A stretch of DNA of 64,000 nucleotides. It comes from Stegostoma tigrinum (taxonomy: Eukaryota). Positions 49,699 to 63,200 of the stretch are shown here, piece after piece; position 1 is the first letter of the stretch, and each line of letters starts with the position of its first letter. Both the position numbers and the translations under genes were made by a program. The notes beneath the pieces are model-generated. The model made no database searches. It worked only from the letters and a program-made list of their open reading frames with translations, and had not been told where the DNA came from. The DNA lies in the NCBI RefSeq assembly GCF_030684315.1, contig NC_081378.1, positions 23,422,571-23,486,570 of the forward strand, given 5' to 3'.

Positions 49699-52284
49699 AG
49701 AGGGGGGTGGGGTGAGGGTTCTGGAATAAATAGGGAGAGAGGGGGAGGCGGACCGAAGATGGAGAGAAAAGAAGATAGGTGGAGAGAGTATAGGTGAGGA
49801 GGTAGGGAGGGAATAGGTTAGTCCAGCAAAGACGGACAGGTCAAGGAGGTGGGATGAGGTTAGTAGGTAGATGGGGGTGCGGCTTGGGGTGGGAGGAAGG
49901 GATGGGTGAGAGGAAGAACAGGTTAGGGAGGCAGAGACAGGTTGGACTGGTTTTGGGATGCAGTGGGTGGAGGGGAAGAGCTGGGCTGGTTGTGTGGTGC
50001 AGTGGGGGGAGGGGACGAACTGGGCTGGTTTAGGGATGCAGTAGGGGAAGGGGAGATTTTGAAACTGGTGAAGTCCACATTGATACCATTAGGCTGCAGG
50101 GTTCCCAAGTGGAATATGAGTTGCTGTTCCTGCAACCTTCGGGTGGCATCATTGTGGCACTGCAGGAGGCCCATGATGGACATGTCATCTAAAGAATGGG
50201 AGGGGGAGTGGAAATGGTTTGCGACTGGGAGGTGCAGTTGTTTGTTGCGGACTGAGCGGAGGTGTTCTGCAAAGCGGTCCCCAAGCCTCCGCTTGGTTTC
50301 CCCAATGTAGAGGAAGCCACACCGGGTACAGTGGATGCAGTATACCACATTGGCAGATGTGCAGGTGAACCTCTGCTTAATGTGGAATGTCATCTTGGGG
50401 CCTGGGATAGGGGTGAGGGAGGAGGTGTGGGGGCAAGCGTAGCATTTCCTGCGGTTGCAGGGGAAGGTGCCGGGTGTGGTGGGGTTGGAGGGCAGTGTGG
50501 AGCGAACAAGGGAGTCACGGAGAGAGTGGTCTCTCCGGAAAGCAGACAGGGGTGGGGATGGAAAAATGTCTTGGGTGGTGCGGTCGGATTGTAGATGGCG
50601 GAAGTGTCGGAGGATGATGCGTTGTATCCGGAGGTTGGTGGGGTGGTGTGTGAGAACGAGGGGGATCCTCTTTTGGCGGTTGTGGCGGGGGCGGGGTGTG
50701 AGGGATGTGGTGCGGGAAATGCGGGAGACGCTGCCAAGGGCGTTCTCGATCACTGTGGGGGGGAAAGTTGCGGTCCTTGAAGAACTTGGACATCTGGGAT
50801 GTGCGGGAGTGGAACGTCTTGTCGTGGGAGCAGATGCGGCGGAGGCGGAGGAATTGGGAATAGGGGATGGAATTTTTGCAGGAGGCTGGGTGGGAGGAGG
50901 TGTATTCTAGGTAGCTGTGGGAGTCGGTGGGCTTGAAGTGGACATCAGTTACAAGCTGGTTGCCTGAGATGGAGACTGAGAGGTCCAGGAAGGTGAGGGA
51001 TGTGCTGGAGATGGCCCAGGTGAACTGAAAGTTCACTGATGCCCACTTCAAGCCCACCGACTCCCACAGCTACCTAGAATACACCTCCTCCCACCCACCC
51101 TCCTGCAAAAATTCCATCCTCTATTCCCAATTCCTCCGCCTCCGCCGCATCTGCTCCCACGACAAGACGTTCCACTCCCGCACATCCCAGATGTCCAAGT
51201 TCTTCAAGGACCGCAACTTTCCCCCCACAGTGATCGAGAACGCCCTTGACCGCGTCTCCCGCATTTCCCGCAACACATCCCTCACACCCCGCCCCCGCCA
51301 CAACCGCCAAAAGAGGATCCCCCTCGTTCTCACACACCACCCCACCAACCTCCGGATACAACGCATCTTCCTCCGACACTTCCGCCATCTACAATCCGAC
51401 GCCACCACCCAGGACATTTTTCCATCCCCACCCCTGTCTGCTTTCCGGAGAGACCACTCTCTCCGTGACTCCCTTGTTCGCTCCACACTGCCCTCCAACC
51501 CCACCACACCCGGCACCTTCCCCTGCAACCGCAGGAAATGCTACACCTGCCCCCACGCCTCCTCCCTCACCCCTATCCCAGGCCCCAAGATGACATTCCA
51601 CATTAAGCAGAGGTTCACCTGCACATCTGCCAATGTGGTATACTGCATCCACTGTACCCGGTGTGGCTTCCTCTACATTGGGGAAACCAAGCGGAGGCTT
51701 GGGGACCGCTTTGCAGAACACCTCCGCTCAGTCCGCAACAAACAACTGCACCTCCCAGTCGCATACCATTTCCACTCCCCCTCCCATTCTTTAGATGACA
51801 TGTCCATCATGGGCCTCCTGCAGTGCCACAATGATGCCACCCGAAGGTTGCAGGAACAGCAACTCATATTCCACTTGGGAACCCTGCAGCCTAATGGTAT
51901 CAATGCGGACTTCACCAGTTTCAAAATCTCCCCTTCCCCAACTGCATCCCTAAACCAGCCCAGTTCGTCCCCTCCCCGCACTGCACCACACAACCAGCCC
52001 AGCTCTTCCCCTCCACCCACTGTATCCCAAAACCAGTCCAACCTGTCTCTGCCTCCCTAACCTGTTCTTCCTCTCACCCATCCCTTCCTCCCACCCCAAG
52101 CCGCACCCCCATCTACCTACTAACCTCATCCCACCTCCTTGACCTGTCCGTCTTTGCTGGACTGACCTATTCCCTCCCTACCTCCCCACCTATACTCTCT
52201 CCACCTATCTTCTTTTCTCTCCATCTTCGGTCCGCCTCCCCCTCTCTCCCTCTTTATTCCAGAACCCTCACCCCATCCTCCTCT

Positions 52285-52312
52285 CTGATGAAGGGTCTAG
52301 GCCCGAAACGTC
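52285..52312 (+). ncRNA. Minimal hammerhead ribozyme motif in PLE terminal region
   Basis: CTGATGAAGGGTCTAGGCCCGAAACGTC. Confidence 0.7.
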
Positions 52313-52617
52313 AGCTTTTGTGCTCCTGAGATGCTGCTTGGCCTGCTGTGTTCATCCAGCCTCACATTTTATTATCTTGCGTTCAAGTATAATTATTTTT
52401 CTACTAAGGTTTGTGTAAGTGCCGCCTCTTTCCTTTATCTTACAAGCTTTTCAAGTGTTATTGCTGATATTGTAAGTTCTTTAATGTTCATTTTTTAAGT
52501 TACTTTCTTATTTCTGCTAGAAATGAGGGAATTTCTGTTGTGACAGCTATCACATGGCCTCGGAGCCAGCCTATTAACTAACAATTTTGAATTGAAACCA
52601 AACTTAAATGACTTGGT

Positions 52618-52735
52618 GATAGCAAGAACTGCAAATGCTGGAGTCAGAGATGACACAGCATGGTGCTGGAGGAACACAGCAGGCCAACCAGAGGAGCAGG
52701 AAAGTTGACGTTTTAGGTCGGAACCCTTCTTCAGA
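52618..52735 (-). mobile_element. Short PLE-terminus element, same family as the tail at 56330-56452
   Basis: Minus strand reads CTGAAGAAGGGTTCCGACCTAAAACGTC. Flanks aaatgacttggt / aagtcacttggt (10/12). Confidence 0.7.
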
Positions 52736-53272
52736 AAGTCACTTGGTCCCCTGTTAAACCTCTGGAAGAAGTGAGCTCACCTCATGAAAAGAAATGTTAA
52801 TTTGTCAGATTAATTTTTCTCAATTCCATTTATCAGTGAATATTACTGGGACCACTGTTTTTTTGGTGATAGCTCACATGTGAATTGCACATCATTGCCT
52901 CAGTGTTTTTACAATATTTTACAATTATTTTCCCATCTACTTAATGAGTTTTGTTTTATAAAGCTTCTGGTTCACTTACATGTTGGAAACCATATCTACC
53001 CTTCTTACAGATGAAAAATGAGCCATCTCAAGAGGTCATTTTAATAACAATTTATTGAGATCTATCGTCATGTTGTCTGTATGTCTCCATGTAGTTCTTT
53101 GTCTTGTTGACAATGTGACAAAGCTATTCTTCCCTATAGGAGAAGATTTGTGAGTATTGTTTGACTTTACATTTTACTAGACTCTGCCTTCTGAGAATAC
53201 CACAGATAGAAAGAGATGATCGGCAGAGTTTGTGCAGGTAATTTTAATAAAAGGTTGTTTTTTTGGTTTTAG

Positions 53273-53509
53273 AATTATTTCTGTGGAACTCCCAGAAAAT
53301 GCCCAGCAGTTTGGCATCCAGTTCCGATGGTGGCAGCCTTATCACTCTGGGCCTGATGAGGACGTGTGGGCTATCGATGAAATTACCATGACCTCAGTCC
53401 TATACAACAGCATTAGTCTCAATTTCACCAATCTTGTGGATGTCACTCAGTCCCTGGGGTTCTACCTGGGAAATGTCCAACCTTACTGTAACCATGACTG
53501 GACTCTAAG
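53273..53509 (+). CDS. RELN: Reelin coding exon (~exon 20), 237 bp
   Basis: Acceptor ttttggttttag, donor gtagga. [78 protein letters not shown]; continues directly from HEPR, so the 23.3 kb intron before it needs no further coding exon. Confidence 0.97.
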
Positions 53510-54959
53510 GTAGGAAGCATGCTCTATTTGCTGAACTTGGTTTAATTTCTCATATTCCCTTGAAGTAATATTTCCAGGTTTGGAAAAAGTATATATTTTG
53601 TCAAATGTTTTCATTCCTGCTTTTCCAATATGTTTTGGCAGTGTTGAGAGGAGAAATCAAAGATTTGGATTGGATTATCTGTTAACATGCTTTGGATGAA
53701 GCATTCTTATTGACTTTTCATTAGCTTTCATGGAGATCTTGGAAACACTATCCCTTAAAAGCTGTATGGCCTTGTAGATTCATTGAGATAATTGAAAAGA
53801 TTCACCTGATAATGTGATCTGATTGTGTTGTTCTCATTCATAATAGGAAACCTCCAGCACAGTTAACTCACTCAGTTTACCAGTTACAATGCTTGGTATT
53901 CTGTGAAACCTTTAATTGTTACAAACTTTGGATATCGCAAAAAGGTAGGCTTTGACGAAAGATGAGAATAGAGCAAATAAGGCAGGGAGATTTATACAAA
54001 AGATGTCTAATGTGCAAGGTGCCAAATGGCTTCAGGCTTTGCCACTGTGGAATGGAAAAGAGGAAAATGGTTAGTGGACGAATGTCAGATGAATGGAGTA
54101 CCAGTGCTGTAATATACAACTGGAGACAACTTTACCGGTAATTCTCGAAAGAAATGTGAGGATAAGGATAAAGATCTGGAGGGTGGAACCATTCAAAACA
54201 AAAGTCATTGATGGCTGAGATTTTAAGTGAGTTAGATTCCAGGCTTTAAAAGTTTTCGGTGTTTTGTGATTTGTTAATGTTGAAAATGGGGAGACGAACA
54301 AGAGAAATACTTTGGCTCGAGCTGATGAAACTATATCCTAAATCTTACAGCTGGTGGAGATGAAGAGATGTTACTGGAGGCAGTAGTAAGTGGTTGTGGC
54401 AATGCACTGGATGAATTTGAAGCTCAGTTCAGAAGAGGATACAAACAAAGTTTTGTGTCTGCATGTAATAGTCTGAATGACATCTTTGGAAAAGGGTGGA
54501 ATGGGTGCTTGAGATGCAGCGCTATTGCCACAAGGAGAACAAAGTAGCCTCAAATAGCTTAAAGTGTATGATATTTCATAACCAGAATTTGAGAGACTGC
54601 AGTTGAACAGCGTGGTAATAGTTTGCAAACCAAGGGTGAGGATAAAATTGCACATTACCAGCATCAATGTGAAACTCTTCTTCATGATGACATAATCTTA
54701 CCAAAAGTCTTATATAGATAAAGGCTAGAATGGGGAAATGTATAACGTCTTGGAACATGGGAAATGAGGGCTTGAGTGAAGAGGGTTTGAGGAAAGAATA
54801 AAATCAAAACATGGCTTTGCCATGAAGGTAACTCTTTTGAAAACTAATAACATTTCAACATGTCACAGTCATACAAAAAATTACAAAGGAGTCAAAGATG
54901 GATTCTTTTAAGAAGAAGGTGAGGATAGCAATATTAATGGAAGAATGATCAACAAGGTT

Positions 54960-55410
54960 AGTCTTGGTGTTCCACATCCACAACATTCTCCTGCCTCAGC
55001 TCATCTCTTTCTGAAACCTTCATTCATATGTATGTTTCCTCAAGAATCAACTATTTCAATGCTTTTCTGGCCTACCTCCTGACTTGCACCCCCAGTAAAT
55101 GTGAGCTCAACCTTAGCTCCACAGCTTATATTTTATTCTGACTAAATATCTTTCATCTATAACCCCTGTGCTCCCTGACTACAGGTCTCAATTTTGAAAA
55201 TATTATCTTCATTTACATATACTCTATTATCTCTTCCTATCTTATCTGAGTTACTTTCCCTGGCTCTATAATTCTCTCAGATCTTGGTGGTATCTAATTC
55301 TGGCCTTTTGAGTATCCTGGATTTTTGTTAAACTTCACTTTTAGTGTCTATGCCTTCACCTGCTTACATGCTAAGCAGTGGAAATCACTCTCTAACCCTT
55401 TCTGCTTCTC
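54960..55410 (+). mobile_element. Decayed L2-like LINE 3' fragment
   Basis: cctgcctcagctcatct...gaaaccttcattcat...caactatttcaatgcttttctggcctacctcc resembles the L2 ETLIHA...DYxNALLxGLP coding end. Confidence 0.5.
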
Positions 55411-55845
55411 TACCCCAAATCCTTGTAATCCATAGGGAATAGGGGCATGGACTTCCAGCACGGATACCGCCCTGGTGTATCTCTCCTATTTATCGGGAAG
55501 GACTGTGCGATCAAACCGAGCAAGCTTTTGGTCACCTCTCTGAATATCACCTGTTAATGGGTGGTGCGAAACACTGGTGATAATTCTCCTATGCAGTGCC
55601 TTTTGGCAGTTACAATTACTGTTTAAACATAAGTTGTTGTTTTTATTGAGTTGCAGTGACATTCTTAAATACCATACATAGGACTGGGAGGTGTTTTGCA
55701 TGGTAGCCTTCTTAAAAAGGCTGTTGATAATAACAATATTCATGGGATGATGATTGCCTCGAGCAAGAGAGCAATTGACAGTGTTGCTGTCGATTGATGT
55801 TACTACCGACCGTGTTGGTGTTTTCTTGTGTATAGTTCTTTTACA

Positions 55846-56452
55846 TTTCCTGCACTTCTGCCCTCACACGCCCTCACACCCCCTCCCCCCAACAAAAATT
55901 AAAATGTATCATCCCACCAACCTCCGCATCCAGCGTTTCATTCTCCACCACCTACAATCCGACTACAGTCCCTGGATGACGTGTCCATCCTGGGCCTCAT
56001 CCAGTGTCACAATGTCGCCACCCACAAACTGGAGGAGCAGCACCTCATATTCTGCCTCAGGAGCCTACAGCACAATGGTCCCAATGTGGAATTCGTCAGT
56101 TTTAAAATCTCCCCACCCGTAGCCTCGTCCTGTGTCCAACCCTCCCTCTCATCCCCGCCTCCTTGACTTGACACAACCTGTCCATGTTCTTTCCCAACTA
56201 TCTGCCCCACCCACCCCATTGACCAATCCCCACCATTCCCTATCTGCACTCACCTATCACCGTCCCGAACCTTCACGAACCCCACTCCTCCTCTGTCTAT
56301 TTATTTCCCTTCCCTTCCCCTTCCCCATTTCTGAAGAAGGGTCCCGACCCAAAACATCAACTTTTCTTTTCCTCTGCTGTCTGGCCTGCTGCGTACCTCC
56401 AGCTCCACACTGTATTGTTTCTGACTCCAGCATCTGCAGTTCTTGCTGTCTC
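55846..56452 (+). mobile_element. Older, internally deleted PLE of a related family
   Basis: Peptides YHPTNLRIQRFIL and SILGLIQCHNVATHKLEEQHLIFCL...FKISPP resemble element B. Tail ctgaagaagggtcccgacccaaaacatc is a degenerate hammerhead. Possible decayed TSD at 55831-55845 / 56453-56467. Confidence 0.85.
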
Positions 56453-59400
56453 TGTAGCTCTATTATACACTAATTGCTTTATTCAGGCTTCAACTTGCCG
56501 AAGTATTTAGATGACAAACCCACTAAGCCAAGGTTTCCAACATCTGCAGTCACAGTTCTAACTGAGAAATCAGGCATTCTGCAAGTTGCAAAATGGAATC
56601 ATGGTGGGAAAACGTTTCGAATACAACACCCTAAACTTTCAAGCAAATAGACAAATCTGGAGGAGCTTGGCAGGTCTGCCTGTATGAGAGGGAAACAGCA
56701 TTTTGAATGCAATGTGACTTCAGAGCTTTCAAACTTCATTATAGTCCCTTGAGCCAGTCATTTGTTGAATTGAGTATGAAATTTAACACAATAAAATTCA
56801 GAACATTTTTGATAGTGCATAAAGATGTGCCAAATTTCAGCCTTTTTAAAATGGCAGCAAATGGACAGGATTATTGCATATCTAAATTTGAAGTGCTGCC
56901 TATATAAGTTACCTGCTGATGTAGTTATAAAATATTGCTGTTTAAAAAGCAAAAGATTGAATGACACATAGGCTGGATCCTGGGTTCTTTGGGATTCTGC
57001 TGCTGAGACCAAACGAAGGTCCTAAACTTGTACTTGCTAGCAGTGGCAGCAGACATCCAGAAGACAGCTTCCTAACTGGCCTCTACTACATTCACTATCT
57101 TATGAAGGATGGTGGGCAGGCTCCTCATGTTTCCAGCACAGTCAGAGAACAGCGGTATAGGAACGTCAGCATCCCCATCAGGAGAGGTGCTAGCTGCTGC
57201 TAAGGCTATTTGGTAATCACATGGGTGCCTCAACACTCTCACTCCCTGTACAACAGAGAAGAATAACATAAGATCAAGGCTGACAGGTCCTTTGAGTTTG
57301 AGAGGAAGCCCCTCCACTGGAAAAAGCTTGATTGTTATTTCCTCATCGTTGGGATATGAAACCTCTAGCTTTGGCTCTCCTATGTGCTACAAGGTTGCCA
57401 CAACTATTTAGTTGACTGCCACAAGTGTGCCATTAATAAGCATAATTGGTGACCCAAATGTCTGGAGCAGGCAATCAATCTGATACCTAGCCATTCCTGG
57501 GATAGGTCCCTGGCAACAGAATTCCTTAAACCCACCATTGTGAATCAGGGCAAATTCAGGCCATTGTAAGGACAGAATATGTATGGCATTGTCATAGTGT
57601 TCAAAAAGATCATTCTTTATTTGTTGTTGATTTTTCCCTTCTTCACTTATTTTTCTATTACTTTCTACACAGTGCTACTGGTTTTAAAATGTAAATTAAA
57701 ATATTATGAGCACTGCTTTAGTGATGTAATGGCATTATGCCTTCACTGACAGTGTTCTTGTTCTCATCTTTAAACATAACCAAGGTCAGATGCCCTGAAG
57801 TTTGTCAGCAAGGCAGACACCTCCCTTCATTTCACAATTTGCCTTTTTCTTGGCATTTCTTCATGGAGGTTGTTCTTAGGGAGCTTGTACTAATTGGTTA
57901 CAGGCCCACTGGTGTCTAATCAGCCCTATCCGTGATTGGTATATTCTCCCACAGCGGCTTCAGGTAAAAGTGTTGTTGCTGCTCAGGAAAATTGTATCTA
58001 TAATTCTCCTCCTTTTCTAATTTATGCTGACTCTTTGCCCAGTCTCAAAGGTGCCTGTAGCATACCTGAAGTTGAATCTCCAGCCAACATGATCCATGGG
58101 CTGCCTTTCCCACTGGTGATTATCAATGTGACATACAGGGAGGAATTTCTCAGGTAGTTTTGAAACAATTAATGTAGTCTGTCTGTTCCTTTTAGTAGTG
58201 GTCAGCTTTCCATACGAGATAATGTGGGATGGGTGACTGTTTTCTCTGTGAGCAACATGACTTAGCCAACACAATTATCTTTGAAGGATGGCCTCAATAC
58301 TGGTGAAGTTGGCTGTTCTAGGGTTTCAGTGTTTGTGATGCTGCCCTGGCAATGGATCTTAGACACTGTCAATAGCACTGCCTCTGCAACATCCTGAACA
58401 TACTCAGGACAATTTAACTTAGTGGCTTTCTAAAACCATGCCAACTATATAATTGTTCAAGGTTTGGAAGACAACTAGTCAAGAATGATAAATTAATGCA
58501 GCTACAGAGAGTTTCATTGATTTTAGTTTAAAATAACTCGAAGAATATGCTGCAGTTCATTTTCTCATGAATGCTGCTGCGATTTGGTTCTGCTCAAAGA
58601 TTCACTTCAGGAGTTGCAGGAAGCTTGTGTGTTATTTTTCGAAAAGTTACAGGTGAAATTTTTTTGAGCCAGGATTGTATGTTTTGTTGAAGGAGTTATC
58701 CTGTTTGTAAGTACAGAAACATTTTAATGCTCCCACTGATTGCAAACCGGACAATATCCCATCTTTCTCCGTCATTAATTACGGTCTTTTTGAATATCAT
58801 AGTGCATTTTGCATCTTTCCTACTCAAGTGCCTACGTAAAACGGGCATTAAACCAATATAAGTTTGAGCTGTACTTACCCATTGTTACAATTTGGTGAGC
58901 TTTCTTTCAGATTAATATTTGAGAATAATTTAATTAGCTGCTTGAAACAAAAGGTCTTGCGGTTTTCCAATGTTACCCATGTGACATTTTACATTGGGCT
59001 ATGTTTTACCAGTTGAGTTGTTGATAAGATCACCATTTATACTTCAATTTTCTGGATGTGTGACAGATTGAAAATTCTTCTTGTAGATATCCACCTAAAT
59101 ACATTAGTATGTTGGCATTGTGGTATATTAGGTTCTTTTATGACTGTTTCCAATCAAGCCCTGGGTGAAGCTCTATCCTTTCATCATCACCTTCTGGGAT
59201 TGACTCCGGCTGAGTCCATCAAAATGAAAGTCTCTCACTTCTGTCCTGATTCCTGTAATAATCTGGTGTGAAATAGAGTTGGAGAATCTCAAACTTATTT
59301 CTGGCAAGCATGTGCCTGAGCATGATAAGACTGATCATACTTTAGAGGTCATGAGCTTGGGAGTAGAAATTTTAAGCAGGGAGAGGTAGGCCGTTACAAC

Positions 59401-60169
59401 ATAACATAGGCAGCATCATTCTAACCAGTTTTGCCACATGTTTCCAGTTTATTTCACTGAGCAGTCTCAGTCTTTGGAAATTTGTGACCCATTTACACAT
59501 TGCTCCCTTCTTTCTACCTGCCTCATTCACAATCCAGTCGTTTAGCAGTGCTTAGAATGCTTTGGAGCAAAGTTAGTTCTCAATATGCATTTTTGCTTGC
59601 GAACAAAATTTACATTGAGCCCAATTTGCGGGCACAATCACCAAGATTCAATCTGTTCTGGAAGCAACAGCCAGACACTTCAGTGAGAGTATCAGGCAGT
59701 TCCCTACAAGACGATCAGTTCCTGATTAGCATATGCAAGGGAGAAGCCTGTTTTCAGGAACCTGATGATAAAGTTGGCTAAAACGTGAGCTTCGCTGTTC
59801 AGTTTTTGCAGGACTGTCACGGTCTGATCGATCATTCCAAATGGAACCAGTGAAGAATAAATAGGTTTTTGTTTTCTCCATTTGTTTTAATGAACAACCA
59901 GGAGGAGAACTCTTGCTTCTTCAGCTCCATCCAAACCACTTGAGCCTTGTAGCTCTCCCAAGAATTTACTTGTGGGCTGGCTCAGCAGATTCAGTGAAAG
60001 ACCCAACAGGTAACCTGCAGCTCAGCTTACTGTTGGAAATAGTAGGCCCCAAGATCCAATTGTGAGTGGACTCCTAATATTTAAAACACCAAACGTGACA
60101 CTGATTAATTAAATACAGCAAAACATTTTAAAATGTTAAAAGAAGTGCCATCCTTACCAAACACCAATA

Positions 60170-60262
60170 TATAGTGGATGCTGGAAATGAGAAATTGCTG
60201 GAAAATCTCAGCAGGTCTGCATCTGTGGAAAGAAAGCAACATTAACATTTTAGACAACTTCT
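60170..60262 (-). mobile_element. Decayed PLE-terminus fragment
   Basis: ggatgctggaaat...ttgctggaaaatctcagcaggtctgcatctgtggaaagaaa resembles the 27142 and 29412 copies. Confidence 0.55.
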
Positions 60263-63200
60263 GATTCCCATCATCCATTATATTGGCTTACTCAGATTGA
60301 TCTGTACTTACCAAATTTGACATGAAGGGGAATATTTTTAGGAAACAACATCGTATGGAATGCAGGAATAGGGCTTACATCAGGGGGGTATGCTCTCTCC
60401 TATTTTAAAGACACAAACAATGGATCCTGCAGTGGCATCTGTACTTATGTGAGTAGGAACAGCATCCAGGCATGCCTGAAGCACTGACCTACTGATCTGC
60501 AACTGAGAGGCCACCTCCACATATCAAAACTAGCCTTCTGCCACCTGTTTGGATCTGGAAACAGACAGGAAAATCCCAAGAAGCATCCTTTAAGAGGCTG
60601 CTGAGGCCTGTTAATGAGTAGTTTTGGCCACCTGCCATGTGTGGGAAGGCAACCCCACCACACCCTCATTCTCCCATCTCACCAGAAAAATGAACAAGAG
60701 GTGGAATGGAGTCAAGGAATTGGTGTGTTTCCCCCTTCAGAGATTCACAGTCAACTTCTGGATGCACTACTCCAAGAGATTCTACAATGATAACAAATTG
60801 TACTTCTTCAAAGCAAATCAACATGCAAAGATATTTACTTTATTCTATGCCAAGGAGGTGAATTTTGAATAAAAACCATTTGTTACTACATTTTCCATAC
60901 CCTTTAGTATCTCGTTTTCAAGTTACAGCTTCCTAATAGTCCAATGAAATAGAAATATGATCCTCATTAATTCTGTATAATTAAAGTAAGGAAATATTTC
61001 AGATTGTCTAGCTAGGAGGAATTTTTGAAATGCCAACATTAACTTTTTAGCCTATGCTTTTAGAAATAGCCTCAAGGCAAAACTGGTATGTAAAGAGGTT
61101 AATGGGGAGGGTGATGGAACTGGTGGAGATGCAATGAATTTGGCTGATGACCTTCATAGCCCTTGCCAGTTATTATCCCGTGGGAAATCTTCAAACCAAT
61201 TCACACTATCTAACTGATTAGTGGTTAAATTAATTAATGTTAGCTGATCTCAGCTGGGCTTCCATTTGGTGTGCTGTTGGCAACTCCACAGCAATGAGTT
61301 AGGAGCAATGTTGTGTTGGTCACAGGGGAGTGATTGACAATGTTTTCTTCATTGCGTGAACTTGGGTTAGATGATTTATCATTCAGTGCAGACTATTCCC
61401 TATCTCATTTTCTGCAGCAAGTGAAACGTGTCTAATCATGTGTAATGTTTTCATCAGTCACTTTCCTTCACCAAAGAAGAAACCATAAATTTGGAGTCAG
61501 TTAAAATGCTCATAAATAATTTAAATTTTAAACAAATATGATTAAATTATCCTGGGTTTATTTTAAACCGCAAAGTCATAATAAAGTAATTACAGTGCAA
61601 GCAGATAACTCACAGAAGGTCAAGTTTACAGTTATCTTACATTTCCAGAAACAAAAAAATCATCTTTGCAATTTAACTTTTATTGTAAATAATTGTTTTA
61701 AAATGGTTTATTTCTTTTCAGTGAACTAGACTTATGACTAATTTAAGAAATTATTTAACATAGGTTTAAGCAGATTGGTTTGAAATTGGTGGATGTGTGC
61801 TCAATAATACAATGTGACACAAGCTATCTCCTGAGTTGAAATTCACCTCCGGAGGATATTGACCAGAGAAAATCGATGAACAGATTAGTTTATCAAAAGT
61901 TCTTAAGCAAATTGCGATGCTTGATTTTCTCTCACTGCATTCCCCTAAATTGTTAGCAAAGGGTTATTAGAAACTTGTCACTGCATTTCCTTCAGAAACC
62001 ACCTTTGCCATTATAGGGGTATAAGTTCCCTTTCAAGTGAGAGAAGCAGCAGTGGGTACATCTGTCTTTAGGTCCAGGGATTTTTTTTTTGTGTAGATCC
62101 CCTCTCCTGGATAGAGAAGCATCTCCAGCACAGAAAAATGGTTCAACACAGTCAGTAGCCTTTCTACTTTAACATTTCCCTGGAGGATGCTGGTCTGACC
62201 CTGCTTCCTGGTTGGTTGTAATCTTTAACATTAGATGGAACTGAATTTGGAAATAAAAATGTGACCTCTGGAAAAAAAATTAGGATAATAATAATTAAAA
62301 TAAAGATTAAGATGTTCTGATGCTATCCTTGCAGAAAGAAGTTTATAGGCAATTTGGTGAAAACTGAGGTTTGGAACTTTCCTGAGGCATGCATGTTGGG
62401 TGCTATTGATGGAGGCTGCAGTCAAGAAAAAAAATTACCTACATGAATGATATAATCTTGTTCTGCAAAAGGCAAATTAAACAATCCATAAAAGGCAATG
62501 AGGAAAAGGTGGTAATTGATTTGAGTGGTTTTAAAGATTTCATCAATTAGAAAAACCCACAATTGATTTGATTTGATTTCTTTAAAATAGTAATATTTTT
62601 CATTCCTTATAAAACATGCATTGTTGGTTTTGATTTTTTTTAAGCTGTGGACCATAGTTCTTCGATGGTGGCACTGACTAACACAAATAGCATTGATAAT
62701 CAGAGGCTCAGCTAAGTCTGATGTTGTTCAAGACTATTGTATATGTGGCTGCTGATAGTAACACAAAGTTATTTGTGATAGTGTGCTCCAAATGGGTTAA
62801 GATATGGCAATTCTGGTTGTAACACAGAGCGCACTCAGACCAGAGCCAGTAGTGATGACTCAGAACATCACAAATATATGCTACGACCTATAAAACGAAG
62901 TAAAATCTAAAGGATTTATCTTGCTGAACTCAATGATAACCTGAGTTAGCTTAGTCTACACTTCGATGTTCCATGTTGTGTCAAAGAAGATAAATGGCAA
63001 ACATTCACAAAGCTCTCGCAAAAGTGAACTTTACAATTAAAGGTTAGGAAAACAGTCTTGTTCGTGACTGGGCACACAAAGTTTAAAATAAACAATAATC
63101 TTGAATATGAAAAGCTCAACTGTCTCTGGCTGTGACCATGCGTGTCCCATTGCTTCTGTTTCAAAGAGTGATGTCAGTACACAGAATGATTCCCCTTCTC

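Larger units (their letters stand above)
49572..52376. mobile_element. Penelope-like element, inverted pair C: minus arm 49572-51029, plus arm 51030-52376
   Basis: ORFs 49923..50753 (-) and 51191..52060 (+) encode nearly identical thumb/linker/GIY-YIG peptides. TSD ttgcgatcaagtacaa (49556-49571) / ttgcgttcaagtataa (52377-52392), 14 of 16 identical. Confidence 0.93.

Noticed and set aside
49572-52376. Palindromes as assembly or fold-back read artefacts
   Set aside because: The arms differ by substitutions, indels and end points, and a TSD flanks each pair, which artefacts would not produce. Long reads should still confirm this.
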